Positions 11,261-24,099 of a stretch of DNA of 64,000 nt are shown in pieces. How positions within the stretch are numbered: position 1 is the stretch's first letter; each line of letters begins with the position of its first letter. This stretch comes from Lama guanicoe (lineage: Eukaryota), in the NCBI GenBank assembly GCA_013239625.1, contig MU055744.1, forward strand, positions 464,355 to 528,354. Reading direction: 5' to 3'. Below the pieces are notes generated by a model. It ran no database searches. It had not been told where the DNA came from and saw only the letters and a program-made list of their open reading frames with translations. The position numbers were made by a program, and so were the translations under genes.

Positions 11261-14099
11261 CAGCGAGCTGCCTGGTGGGGGAGGGGAGGAGCAGGTGCTG
11301 CCTTCCTGGGGGCTCAGCCCTCGGCTCCGCGGCTGTCGGTCCCGCTCCTGCCGTAGGTCTTGATGTCGACAGCATCGTAATCTGGGTGACACGCACCCCT
11401 CGCCTCTTCCCAGCCTGCACCCGAGGGGGCGCGCGGGGGCCTTGGCCCGGCTGGGCCGCAGCCTCAGACCTGGTCAGGGCTGTGGCCTCTCAGAGTGACA
11501 GGCGACGGGCGATTTCTCTCCTTCTGGACAAGTAAAGCCACTTACTTCCAAGCCCACAAGAAGATTCTCGTTCCTCTATTCGCTGTCCATGACGGTCAGA
11601 GGCAAACTCACGTCCACGGCTCCCTTGGCTCCAACCTTAGGTGTCCTGGGTCACTGTCACACGTGTCACAGTGGTCATTTGCTGCATTAAACGCATGAAA
11701 GCCTGCGCTTCTCCCAGTTCTGACTGGCACCGAGGCTTGGAATTAAGGACACCTGTTAGCAGGGCTGGGGGAGCACAGAGCCGCCGGGGTTCTGCTCCCT
11801 GCATCTGACGGCCCCCAGGCTTCGTCGGCCAACACCTCTGCTCTCTGGCTGCTCTGCAAAACTTCCCGAATCCGGCTCTGTTCCTGAAGGAGGGAAACTG
11901 ACGGAAACTCCGCTGGTGACTCCAGTTTCACCGTTTCTCTGGTTTTTAAGGACCATGTTCTCCCACAGGCCGTTTCTCTGGGCTGAGTTAGGACCCACGC
12001 TCTGTCAGGCAGGGCAAGGTTCTCCCACTCGCGGGGGCTGGGGCAGGAGGCAGGAGTCAGGAATGCGGTGACAACGCCTGCGGCCGGACGACTCACCGCG
12101 GAGAACCCCTCCCGCGCCCAGGCACCGCGGCTCCTTGGTCTGCGGATGGCGAGCTCGGCCTCGGGGGTGCTCCTGGATTCCGCGTCACCTGCTGGGCCTC
12201 GTCCTGCCCCGAGGGCTGGAGTGGGGTGGGGCTGGTACCTGGCCCACCAGCCACACCCTGGGCCCCTGGCAGGTGGGGCCAGCGGAGGGACCGCCGTGCC
12301 CCCGCGGGAGCGCGTCTCAGCCCCTCACGCTGTCAGCCACCGGTTTCGCCCTCTTTGTGGCACCTGCACAGCTGGGGTCCCTGGTTTACTTGCTTCTGTC
12401 CGTCTTGACATCAGCCGCTCTCCCCCCGCTGCAGCCCTCCCCAGGCGTGAGCCCCCGCGGGCAGCCTGTCCCCCCCAGCGGATCCCACGTGGAGAGAACA
12501 AGCGAATGAGCGGGCAGCTCAGCCGTCTCCGCTCCACGCACAACCCTGCTCCCTCTGCGACCAGACCCCTTCCAGAAAGCACCAGAACTTCCAGAGATGC
12601 GGGCTTAGCTGAAAATAGTCCCCCCGCCCCAGCTTCGGCGCCCGGATTTCCCTTGTGCATTTCTAAGGCATCGAGGGACGAGCTTTGCTTCTGGTCCTGC
12701 GGTTTCTGGGGCCTGGAGGAGCCGGGGGCTCTCCCGCGGGGACCGTGGCACTTCTCTGCCTTCCCCCCTGCCCCTCGGCTGAGAAGACCTGCAGGGGCCC
12801 CGTGCCCCGCGGCAAAGGCCACTCGGCCCGGGGTGGACTCCCGGCAGGTGCCTCCCCGCCCTCCCCGGGGAGCGCGTACTGTGACATCCTGAAGGGCCCG
12901 TTAGCAGCCACGTGAAACCGCTAATTAGCGTGTTAGCGAGGGTTTAGCTTGTCAACGCTGTTAATCCTCAAGTCACATCACCCGCCCGCGCCCGCGCCCG
13001 CGCCCGTGCAGGCGGGGAGAAGTCATCAAGCACGGGGCCCCGCGGGCGCATGCGGCTAGGGCGCAGGCGTGGGGCCCGGGGCCTGGGGCCGTCCCCCTCT
13101 CTCACAGCCCATGGCCAGGCCTGCGGGGCCTTTCTGAGTTCACCCTGCTGGGCTGGCCTTGCCAGGGTCGGGGGAGGGCATGGACGAAGGTGATGGAGGG
13201 GCTCCCAGGCCAGAGATGGGGAAAGAGTGTCACACGCCGAGCAGTCGGCCGTGTGAACCCCTCGGTGGGGATGCGAGAGCCACGGGTGAGCCGTGAGATG
13301 GACGCTGAGCAGAGGGCTCAGAGCTCTAAGCATCTGAGGATCTGCCAGCCGACGCCCAGTCCCGCCACGCTGAGGGTGTGCTCCCAGCTTTGGCCCACAC
13401 GCACGCACGCACGCACGCAAATCCCTGGGGTGTGTTAATGCGGCTCTGCTGGGCCACGAGCTGCGCACCAAGTAGCAAGGACTTAGGGTGTGAGCTCAGG
13501 CCTCCGTGTGCTCACCGCATTGTGTCCCTGTGCTGTGAGGATCGAGGAGAACGAACGTCCAATGCTGGTCCACTGACGACAGTGTTAGGAGGAGGAAGGG
13601 GAGGAGGCAGGTCCTGGAGGCAGATCCGGGCCGGGTCGGGGCTGCAGGAGGCCGGGCTGCCTGGGGGCCCGGGCACCCATCAGAGGAGCGCATCCCCATC
13701 TGGGGTGACCCGGCCTTGGTGCAGCTTCTCAGATGGTCCTCCCACCGAGAGGGTGCCGTTCCATCTTCCGGCCGAGCAGGCCGAAGCTCGGGGGCCTTCC
13801 TGGGGTGGGAGGGGCGGAGCTGTGCCCGCTGTGACCCCGTGCTCCACGTCCTCTCAGCCCCGCAGGCTTCCCCATCCGGGGGCAGGGCCCGGGCTCCCGG
13901 GGGAGGTGGACGTTCACTGGGCATGTCGAGTGTCCAGTGTGGGCCATCAGGGTCACCTGAGGCTGGGGGCTACGTCTGGAAAAGGAGGTTCAAGCTAGAA
14001 CGTGAGAGGCCCTGGGAGACCCCGAGGGACGGGTCATCAGACTGTCCCAGCCAGGGGTCGCTCTGAGCAGGGGCCCCGTCAAGTCAGCTGCAGATCACC

Positions 14100-14350
14100 T
14101 CCGTTCACTCATTCGTTCATTCATCATTTAGCCAGTGCACCTCTGCCCGGCGTTCCAGGCAGGAGTTTGGGGCCAGCTGTGACAAGCCTGGCGAGGCCTC
14201 TGCTCCCACGCCCATCGGGAGAGAAACTGTCACCAGGAAACCCGGTGACTCAGGTGGCTCGGGGACAACTCAGGTGGGGTGGTCAGGAGCCGTGTCTCCG
14301 GGAGAATGTGCTGTGGGCAGAGGGACAGTGTGTGCAAGGCCCTGAGGTGC
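14100..14350 (-). mobile_element. L2 3' end fragment
   Basis: (TTCA)n-like tail ttcactcattcgttcattcatcattta followed by agggacagtgtgtgcaaggccctgagg. Confidence 0.6.
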
Positions 14351-17300
14351 AGGCCAGCAAGGCGGGTTTGAGGCCAGAAGGGAGGGGCGGAGTGTGTGGG
14401 AAATGCACGGGGCAGGGTTCTGGCTTCTCCACGCCGGCTTCCTGGGCGGGGGTGGCGCAGCCCAGGACTCTCCTTTTGGAGGAGCTGGGGTTTGATGGGT
14501 CTCCCCCCACCGCCCCCTCCAGCCCACGTGTTCCTGGAAGCAGGGATCAGGACCGTAGCCCAGGACCTGGGGCACAGCAGCTGCCAAATGAATCCCAGGG
14601 AAACAAGCAGGTTGGCACTTCCTCCCACTTGGGGGCGGGCAGGGCGGGCCTTGGAAATGACAGCCCCTCCTATCCCTGCCGGAGTTCAGAAGGCAAACGG
14701 CCCCCCCAGGCTGCGCCCAGCCTCTGGGCTGAGAGCCTGGAGGTCCCCCGGGGAAGGGGCGAGCTGGAAGGGCACCGGTAGTCCACGCAGCTGTCGTCCC
14801 AGGTGACAGAGAGGGCTGCCCGGGCAGGCGGCTCCTCCTCCCCTTCCTTTGCCAGATTCTGCCACGTAGCCAATAAGCCTGTCTCACGACCTCCGCGTCT
14901 GCCTCTGGCTCCTGCCTCCACCTGCGGGCTGGCGCCGTGGGCCTCACTCGGACCAGCAGGAGGGGCAGAGCTGGCTGGGGCGTGGGGGCTGACTCTCCGC
15001 AGGACAGATGGAACGTGGAGGCCCCTTAGGACCCGTGCCTGCCCCTGCCGCCTGTCACCTGGGCCCATGTTCCATGGGCCAAAGGCGCCATGATGCCCGG
15101 GGAAAGTGTCCTCCCACAGCGGCTGGGCCGTGGGAGGGAAGTGTGCAGAACCCTGATCTGCGCCCCCGCCGTCTCTGCCCGGCGTCCTGCCGTGTTCTGG
15201 CTCTTTAGCTCCAGGCCGAGCAGCTGCAAACAGAACCAGCGTCCTCAGCCCCGGGCCCCTCAGCTGCTGCCCCCTGGCTCCCCGCCCGCTCATCCACCTG
15301 CTCCCACCCCGCCCCGGGGTCCTTCCCGTCCGTGTCCGCCTGGGCTCACGGAGTCCACGGGGGAGGGTGGCCCAGACCCCTGTGCTGCGGCGGGCAAGGG
15401 AGCTTGTGTGGCGTCACCAGACAAACGGGAGGCTCGGGCCTCTGTCCCCCCTCCCCGCCTGGGCCTCCAAACAAATGAGCTGCCTCTGAGCGGCGCGCGG
15501 GAGATCCGTCTCCCCCTGGGCCGAGCCCACGACACAGGTGTTCATCTCCGCCGCCTTCTGAATTTATAGACGGCTGCGCACATCCCCTCCCGAGGAAATC
15601 TGTTAGCAACGACAAATAGGGCCTCCCGCCTTGGGAACAAATGCCCGGCCATGTGATTTACAGCCGCCGCTGCGGCGTCGCAGGCGGGCCCGGGAAGGCG
15701 GCGGGCACAACGCAGGGATGCCCCCAGCCCATGGGTCCTTCCCGGCAGCTCCCAGCGCCCCCTTCGTGGTTCTTCGGCAGTGACAATGGCCTGACCACCT
15801 ACCCCAGACCTCAGAGGCCCTGGGGGGAGCCGGGTGAAGGAAGCCAACGTGGCCCAGGGGAAGGAGCAGCCTGGGCCTCCCTCTGCTCTTCGGCCAGGTT
15901 CCTGGGGCCGAGAAGGAACAATGGCCCCTCCTGGGATGGCAGCTGTGCTCCGCCGGGCTGGCGGTACCTCACTCCACTGGGGCATCGCTGGAAGGGCGAG
16001 GAGGAGGCCCGGCTCTCAGTTCCACCTGGGAGACGCCCTCTGCTCTCCCTGCCTTGTTAGCTCGTTCACAGCCCCGAGTGCAGGGGGACTGACTTGTGCG
16101 CACTGGTTCCCCCTCACCCTTTGCAGACCCTCTGGAGAGGCCCAGGCTCCACGGAACACTGAGGGGTGCCAGCCCGGACCCCCACATGGAGAAGCGCAGC
16201 TGGGCCCGGGCGGCACGGCCCCGGGAGCCGGCCAGAGTTGGCGTCAGGTTCCCATGCAGCCCCGTGGGCCCCTGCCCTCCAGGCCTCGCTGCCCTGAGCT
16301 GCTCCCCACGGCTCCGCCGCGCACCCCTTGGGCATGCACCTCCTCTCAGCACCCCCGCCCCCACGGGGCGTCGAGAGGCACCCCACCAGCCGCAGCCCCT
16401 CCCCTGCCCATCCCGCACCAGACAAGCCGATGTTGGTTTGCATCTTCCACGTGTCTTTCTCCCTCTGGCCTGAAACCCTGCCCGACGCAAGCCCGGAGAC
16501 TGTTGGCATCACCCCAGTTTGCTGGAGACGGGCCTGCGCAGGTGTGGGGGGGGGAGTAGGGCCTGGAGCTGCCCGCAGGCCCCTTCCTCCCTTCCCACCC
16601 ACCTCCCCAGAGACCCGCCTCGCCTGCTGCGGCACCAGCGCCGACCCTGGAGGGGGATCCTCTCTGGGCCCCCCAGGCCATGCACTACAATGAGCTTGCT
16701 GAAAGGCAAGTGCGCCCGGGCCGCTGCCCTGGGCTCAGGGCGCAGGGACGCTGCCGGCCAGACAGCCTGTCGTTCACAGAGCTCGGTGGCACGGGCTTGG
16801 CGGAGCCCCGCCCCTCCGCTGGGGTTGGCATTCGAGGGCTTTGTGGGTGGCTAGTGGGTTTCCGTGCACCATCGTGCTGGTGAATGTGTTTCTCAGCAGG
16901 AGAGAGACCGGCCTTCAGCGCTGGGAGGTCAGGACAAGCTCCTTGCGGACATCTGGATGCTCAAGGACGTCTGGAGCAAAGTTGCGGCGAGCCTGGACCA
17001 CTTCGCCCCTCCCAGGGTGGGCAGGTGCAGGGGATGCCTTATGAAGACAGAGCCCAGAGCTCCTGGGGGAGCCCTGCCTGTGGGCTGGCGTCCTCCTGTC
17101 CCCAGGCTCTGGTCTCCTTGGCTGAATGTACAGGAGGAACTGAAGTTTCCAGGGCGCGAAGGGACTCCACCTCTTCCCGGCTGCGTGGAGACACACCTGC
17201 TACTCCCATCCCGGGAGGCCTCCTACCTGCTTCATGGCGCTCCGGGCACCTGCAGCCTGGGGCCAGGAGGAGCTAACTGGCCTCCAGTTTCCCACTTACA

Positions 17301-18849
17301 CCCCAGTTCTCCACGCGGAGCTGTCTGAGGCCCACCGAAACCCCTGCTCCCGTCACACCCCCAGCTCAGACGCACCCTCCTCTAGAGGGGGACTGTTTCC
17401 CCGGAGGACACGCTGCCCTTCACCCACCGGCCTGGGGGTCGGACTTGGAAGAAACGGCCACACCCACAGCCCTGCAGGCTTGGCGGGCAGCTCTCAGAGG
17501 GACTCGGAGGCCACAAACAAAGCTGCCCGGCCCCGGCCCCGGCCTGCCCTCCAGGCTGTGCTGATACACCGGCGCACTGCTGGGCAAAGCGCCTCTCATT
17601 CAGTTGTGAGGGGTGTGTGTGCATGTGCGTGTGTGTGTGTGAAAGAAAGGGAGAGAGGGAGAATCTGGCTGGTCTTATTTTTATTGTTTTGCATTTTCCA
17701 ATTACTACCTTGGAACTGAAAAACAAGCGTATTACACAAGATGGATATGAGTTCAGACTTCGCTGTCAGAAGGTTCCGGGTCTGGACCCTGGCTCTGCCA
17801 CCCATCGGCGCTGTAGCCTTGAGGAAGGAACAGAGGAAGGAAGGAAGGGAAGGAGGCAGGGAGGGAGGGAGGGAACATCCCTCCCTTGGGGAAGAGCCAG
17901 CCCTCCCCTCATCTCAAACCCTCGAATGGGCTTGGAAAGGGGTTTGAGCGGAGCCCTCTGAGAGTCCTTCCTAGAAGTCGCTGTCCTTCGAGGTGGGGGC
18001 CGAGGTCAGAGCCTGGAAGGTCCAGTCCTCGCTCCGGCAGACTGCAGGCCACCCCTCGTGTTGCCGCTGCCGCGGGAGGCCGGTCCCGAGCTCCGTCCGA
18101 GGCCCGGGGGGCCGTGGGAGCTGTCCTGGGCCTCGCGCTTGGTGGCCGCCGGGCTGCCAGACGGGGCTCCGCAGGGGAGGACGTGCCACACCCTCAGTCA
18201 GAGGCCCTGGGACCCGGGATGGACACAGCTCGCCTGTCCTAGGGCCCGGGGTGCTCTTTTTAGTCAGTTTTTGCGCCTCCAAGGCAGCTGGCGGAAGGCC
18301 AAAGCCGGTCATTTCCAAGGAATGAAGAGCCCAGTGTTTTCCCAGGACGGGCAGGGAGGGCCCGCCCGGCGTGGGGGGCGCGCTGCGCCTGGGGCCCCGG
18401 TCTCTGCCGCGGAGCTCAGCCGGAAAGTAAAGGAGCACCGCGGTGATGTGAGCGAACACAATCCACCGAAGGCTACGTGCGGGCTCTGCACTGAGGGCCC
18501 CGTAGGCGCCGCCCCGCCACCGAGGGCGTGCTCAGAAAGGACCAGGACCAGTGGCACCTCTGCAGTAACCAGAGAAGGAGCTGCGGGAGTCGGGGCTCCT
18601 TACCAGCTTCCCAACGCATGCTCCGGGCTCCGAACTGCTTCACCAGGACTGAATGCCTCCCTCAGGCCTTCTGGTCCGAGTTCCATCCTGTCTCGGGAGG
18701 ATGAAGGCGCCCCCAGGGGCCAGCACTGTATCCTTCTTCCTCAGCTTCTACCCTCCCCTCCCGCCTTAGGAACAGTTTGTTTGTTTGGCACAGCAACGCG
18801 ATATCCCCAGCTGCACACCCCAGGGCTAGGCTGGCCCCCGAGACCCAGT

Positions 18850-19160
18850 TCTGGTGGAGATGTATGTAAGCTCAAGTCTGGTGGGTGGGGCTCCTAGAAA
18901 AGCCACTGTTTTCTTGAGCAAAGGAGGCCGATTCAGCTGCTGATCACTTTTGCCTTTCTCCCTTCTCCCTTCCCCCACCCTCAGTGTGAACGATGCCCGG
19001 GGCTGCTGCAACCATTTTGTGACCTAGGGGCTGAGAATGGGTCCCTGATGTCACTGAGGCACTGAGGGCAGATCTCTGGATTTATATGTTAGGTGGGGAA
19101 GGAGGGAATCTGCAAGTGGATGAGCCACCGAGGTCAGTCTTTGGTGACGCAGAACGTAAC
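18850..19160 (+). mobile_element. Old MaLR LTR fragment (MLT1J/K-like)
   Basis: ttttgcctttctcccttc ... ggggctgctgcaaccattttgtgacc ... tctggatttatatgtt. Confidence 0.5.
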
Positions 19161-19424
19161 GCCGCCCCCATCGGGTGCCCCACCTCACTGAACCTTTAAT
19201 GGGAGAACGTACTTAAGCCGCGTCTCTTGGTCTGCGCGTGACGAAGCCTCGGGAAGTGAGAGTTAAGACTGAACTGCCAGTTACCTGTGCCGGTTCTTTT
19301 CAGAGGATGAGACGGGCAGTTCAGCTCTGGGCGGGGCAGCTCAGCGCGGCGTCGAGGAGGAAACAGCAGACCCGACCTTTGGTCTGGAATTTCAGGAGAA
19401 ATCTTGATACGTTCAACAGGAACT

Positions 19425-19560
19425 GTGTGTATCAGGGTCACCCAGGAGGCTGTTGGGAATCCTGGGCCCGGCAGACTCTCCCAGTCAGGGCCCCTGGGGG
19501 TCAGAGGCAGGAATCTGCTTTTAGAACTAGCCCCCCCCACCGTGAGTCCTATCCCCTTGT
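19425..19560. mobile_element. MER5-type hAT DNA transposon fragment
   Basis: tcacccaggaggctgttgggaatcctgggccc ... aggaatctgcttttagaactagcccccc. Confidence 0.6.
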
Positions 19561-19605
19561 GTGGGTACGAGATGGTGCACCAGCCCCTCCCTCCCCGGGC
19601 CCTCT

Positions 19606-19682
19606 GCATGTGCACGTGTGTGTGCACGTACACATGTGTGTGTGTGTGCACGTGTGTGTGTGTGTGTGTGTGTGTACGTACG
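19606..19682. repeat. Compound (TG)n/CACG alternating purine-pyrimidine tract
   Basis: Directly visible, about 75 nt. Confidence 0.9.
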
Positions 19683-19839
19683 AGACAGCCCACGAGCCCT
19701 GCCCTGGGCCCTCTGCACCTGAGCAGGATGCTGAATGTGAAATCAACTGAGGACACGTTTTACTGGGCAGTTAGCGAAGCCTCCCCACTGACAATCACTG
19801 CATCTCTTCCAGGTGCTCACGTAGAGCTGGAAATCTTAC

Positions 19840-19995
19840 AGCCCTCACCTCCTGGAAGCCACTCAACAGCCCCACGAGGCAGGCTGGGACTGCCATCCCC
19901 ACCTCACAGAAGCGGAGAAGAGGCTCAGGCTGGTGATGAGACTTGCCTGTATCCCAGCTGGTGGGCGGAGGGGCAGGGATTTGAGCCCAGGACGT
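19840..19995 (-). mobile_element. MIR
   Basis: caacagccccacgaggcagg...catccccacctcacagaagcggagaagaggctcagg...gacttgcc...gggatttgagcccagg. Confidence 0.7.
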
Positions 19996-21309
19996 CCCCC
20001 CTCCCCTACAGCAGGGGTGCGGGCTGTGGACCAAGGACTCCCTGCAAGCCTGGCCCAACCTCCCCATGTCAGACTGACGCCTCCAACCCTCCACGTCCCA
20101 GGGGTCACTTACGTCAGGACCCTTTGCAGAGGAGGAAACAGGCCCAGAGGGCGCGGAGCAGCCCGGGCATGCAGCTGGGCGCCGCAGAGCCCGGGGAGGC
20201 TCGGGTTTCTCCGGCTGCGTTGTACAGAACAGTTACCCAGAACAGACACGCAGGCTGCAGCTCCAGCCGGAGCCTGGACTCACACCAGGCTGTGCCTGGG
20301 TCGCCACGTCTGTGCTCCCAAGGTCATTTTCTGTCAGCCACCAACAGGAGCAGGGGCGGGTGACAGGACAGGAGGAACAGGAGGGCCAGCGTGACAGGAG
20401 AGCCAGGGCTGGCGGCTGGGGACACAGTGAGGACCGGGGAAGGCAGGTCACCACGGTCCCTGCCTTTCCCCATCAGCCGTCTCAGAGATGCTTCCCCGAC
20501 CTCTCCCCTTGGCCGTCACGGAGGAACGGGGGGAGGAGGAGGAGGACGGCGCGGGGCCAGCAGGAGCCCCCTTGCTCCGAGAGGGGCGGGGGTGCATCAC
20601 CCGGACGGGGGTTCTGCTCTTAGTGCCCCGTGAGCTGGGCTGGCAGCTTCCGGAGTGAATGTGATCGCACTTCGGGGTCTGCCCCCCAAATCCTGATGGA
20701 GAGCCTCTCTGGGAGTCGTGCCTGTGAAGAACCTGGAGCATCCTGCTTTCCAAGTGAACTGGTTTATTAAGTGAGCAAACACTGAGCGCCTGGACCCGGC
20801 ACGCAGGGGGCCCCTGCCTGCAGGCCTTGCCAGCTCCAGGGGCTGCAGTCCCGGTGTGGGGGCGCAGGCTGTTGTGGGGACACACCACCGCGGGTGTCAC
20901 CACGGCAGCCCCCCTCCAGGCACCTTGGACGGCACTCCTGGGTCCCTGAGGGGGGTCGGGCCGTGTGACAGCTCTGAGCAGAAGGGGGTGTGGCGCTCCG
21001 GGCTGAGCATTTAATAGCAGGCGCAGGACCCCCGAGTGCTGGCCTCCTCCGCCTCTGGGACCAGAACGCTCCCCCCGGGGGTGCTCGGCCTGAGCAGGGC
21101 CTGGGGCTGACCCACACGTCCATGCGTGTAACTGAACCCTAAACCCTTGTTATCTGAAGCGACTGGGACTCTGTCAGACTGTCCTGGCTGATCCAGGCAG
21201 CGAGCACCGGTGCCCTGTAACGCACACGCGATCGTGGGTCACGGCGCTATCTGAGCGGCTGTGTCGCAGGGTCAAGCCCCCAGTGAGCCCAGCGGGTGCG
21301 CAGACAGGC

Positions 21310-21656
21310 CTGAGGGGCTGTTCCCGGCTCAGTCCTGAGTAGGACAGAATTCTCAGCTTTGACGCTGTGCTTTTTTTTTTCAGTCAACAGTTTTGGCAAC
21401 TGTGAAGGGACTATTCCAAAAAGGTAAGGGGGGAGCCAGGACATACTGGAGTGTTTGCAAAAAAAACCCAGGTAGTCGGAACATCAAAATATTACTGCTA
21501 ATTAGAGAACACCAGATGCCTCAGGTCGATGGATTTAGCACTTCTCTGTGCACGGGAAGACGCCAGGGTCCGGGCTTAACGAGGTCATTCCTTTGACCTG
21601 CACCTTAACTCCCTAGGGCCAGTGTCCCGTGTTATTTTTTTTCCTCCATCTGAATC
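21310..21656 (-). mobile_element. ERV1-class LTR (MER41-like artiodactyl family), truncated by a gap, with 3' terminus apparently inverted
   Basis: aggtaagggggagccaggaca...ccaggtagtcggaacatcaaaatattactgctaatta...gggaagacgc...tcattcctttgacctgcaccttaactccctagggccagt matches a recalled antisense LTR consensus. Confidence 0.7.
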
Positions 21657-21814
21657 NNNNNNNNNNNNNNNNNNNNNNNNNNNNNNNNNNNNNNNNNNNN
21701 NNNNNNNNNNNNNNNNNNNNNNNNNNNNNNNNNNNNNNNNNNNNNNNNNNNNNNNNNNNNNNNNNNNNNNNNNNNNNNNNNNNNNNNNNNNNNNNNNNNN
21801 NNNNNNNNNNNNNN
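21657..21814. other. Assembly gap (158 N)
   Basis: Run of N. Confidence 1.
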
Positions 21815-24099
21815 AGAAAGAGGCTGTGGGTGGGGGATGGGGCGTGCCAGGCAGAGGAGAGGCCCCCAGTGACGCCCACACCGTGGGGAGGCCCCCTGGA
21901 AGTCCCCTATAGGCCTCGAGCACAGTGTGGGAGCGTGTGGGCTCTGGGCACCTGCCGGCCGGGAGACTGGGCCCATCTGACAGCACTGGTCAGTGAGAAC
22001 TTTCTAGACTGCACCCCTGAGGGTGGGAGCCTGGGAGGGCGAGGGGAAGCTGGGGCTGAGGATGGGGAGGAGGGCCTGCCCTCAGGCTGGGGGAGGGGAG
22101 ACACGAGTGGAGCCAGACCCTCCTTCTGGCCTGAGGCTGGGTCTGTGGACAAGGCAGGAGGAATGGGTCTCAGTGCCTCGGAATGACCAGTCAGCCGTGT
22201 CTGAGATCCCGTCTAAGAAGAACTTCTCCACCAAGTGAGCTTCGAAGGGACGACGAGAGACGCTGGCTTCACCCCATGACCCTGCTTCTGCCACTTCGTG
22301 ATTTTGTAGGTCTAGGAGCCCAGGAAGGCTCCCTGGAAGAAGAGGTGCTTAGTGGAAACCAAAGCGAGAAGCAGCTTTTGCTCACTGAACGGCTGCCTTG
22401 GGCCGGCGGTGGGGACAGAGGAGGAGGGGCAGCTGCTGCTCTGCGATCGATCGATCAGCCGAGGGCAGGCGGCAGGGGGCCCGGAGGGGAGAGGGGTGGG
22501 CTTTACGGGCTGCGCTGTCCTCCCGGCCCCCAGGCCAGGGTGAAGCCCCGCCCCGTCGTCCTCCCTCAGCGGGAATTCGCCTCTCCTCTCACCTACACTT
22601 GCCAGAGTTTGCACAGGGAGGAGGCGTGAGGCTCCCCGCACAGCAGGCGGGCTAGTTGGGTGCTGGCCCACAGCGGGACTTGATAAACCCCGATTAACAG
22701 GCGACATCACCCTCACACAGAGCCCTGGCCGGCCAGGAGCCAGCAGGCAAACCCACAAGGTCACACGGTGAGAGGGAGATGCTGTCACCTCCCGCCAGCT
22801 GCCGCCCGGGGACAGCGGGGGTGGGGGATGCAGTGGCCAGGCTGAACGTGCACCTGGAACCCCCAAACCTGTGAACGCCTTCGTCCCTCAGGACCAACAG
22901 TCTCGTGTCGTGGGGAGAGCCAGCTTCTGCTGTCCCAGGGGCTGGGGTGGGACTGGTTCTGTCCTGGGTGAGAGGCGAGACCCTGGCTGCCCTGAGCCTT
23001 TGCCCGTCCTCTGGGAAACGGGGCTGGCGCACCCACTGGCCGACACGTGCTGAGACCGAGGTGGAGGGTCTTGCCGACACCCGTACCCTCCTCTTGGCCG
23101 CCCCCAGGGCTCCCCCGGACGCCCCGCCCCGCCCCCATGGGCAGGTGCCAGCCCTGCTCAGCACCCGGGCAGAGGCCAGTGGGCAGGTGAACACGGGTGA
23201 AGCCGTGTTCTGGGTCTGGCTGGTCCAGCCAGACCGGGCGGCTGTCACACGGCCAGAGGGCCAGCTGGCGTGGGGCCCCCGGGAAGCAGGGGGGAGGTGG
23301 CGCACAGCTCGGATTCACGGCCCCGGCAGGTCCGCGGGCACACCTGCCTGGAGGGCGGAGGGGCCGGCTGCGCGCGTCCACAGAGCCGGCTTCTCTTTCT
23401 CCTCCCTGACTGCGAGGTGAAGGTGTCTGCTCCCCATTAATCTTTGTGAGAAAGCATGTAATTAAGCCCTTGCATCTGGTTGCCATAGCGTTTCTGCCAG
23501 CGCCGGTGCCCGTCAGCCGGCAGAAGTCGGTCGCACGTTCACCTCCTCCCCAGTTCTGAGCTTCCGCGAGCTAATGAGGAGTCCGCCCGCTGCTGTGACC
23601 TCACCCCCTTGGTGGCTCCCCGCGCTGCCTTAATGAGCTGCCAGCCTGACGAGGGGACACGACCTGCCTGCGCGTCATCTCTGGGTGCCAATTTGTCTGG
23701 GTTCCGAGGCCTGCTTGCAATTCCCGCAGCGGAGGCCGGGCCGTGTGCCGCACACAGTCACGGAAGTCCTTCAGTGAATCTGACCTTCGTGCCTCCCAAG
23801 CTGTCTGCGGGGCCACATTGTGGTGGACGGACGCCATGGGGCTGGGGGCGCTTGGCCCAGCCTGCAAGCGTCCCCACGCTGGAGTTTTGCTTGCCTGGGG
23901 AGGGGCCCAGCAGGAGCACCTGCTCTGCACTCACACCCCTCCTGGGGTGGCCCGGAGCACAGACAAGCATTTCCGGAGTGTCTGCCTGCACCAGACCCAG
24001 AGGACACAGAGCCGGGCGGGCGGGGTGCTGCCCTCACACAGCAGGGGGCGGGGGAGGCTTTGCAGGTGCAGAACACGACTAGGAAAACAGCTCGCCGTC

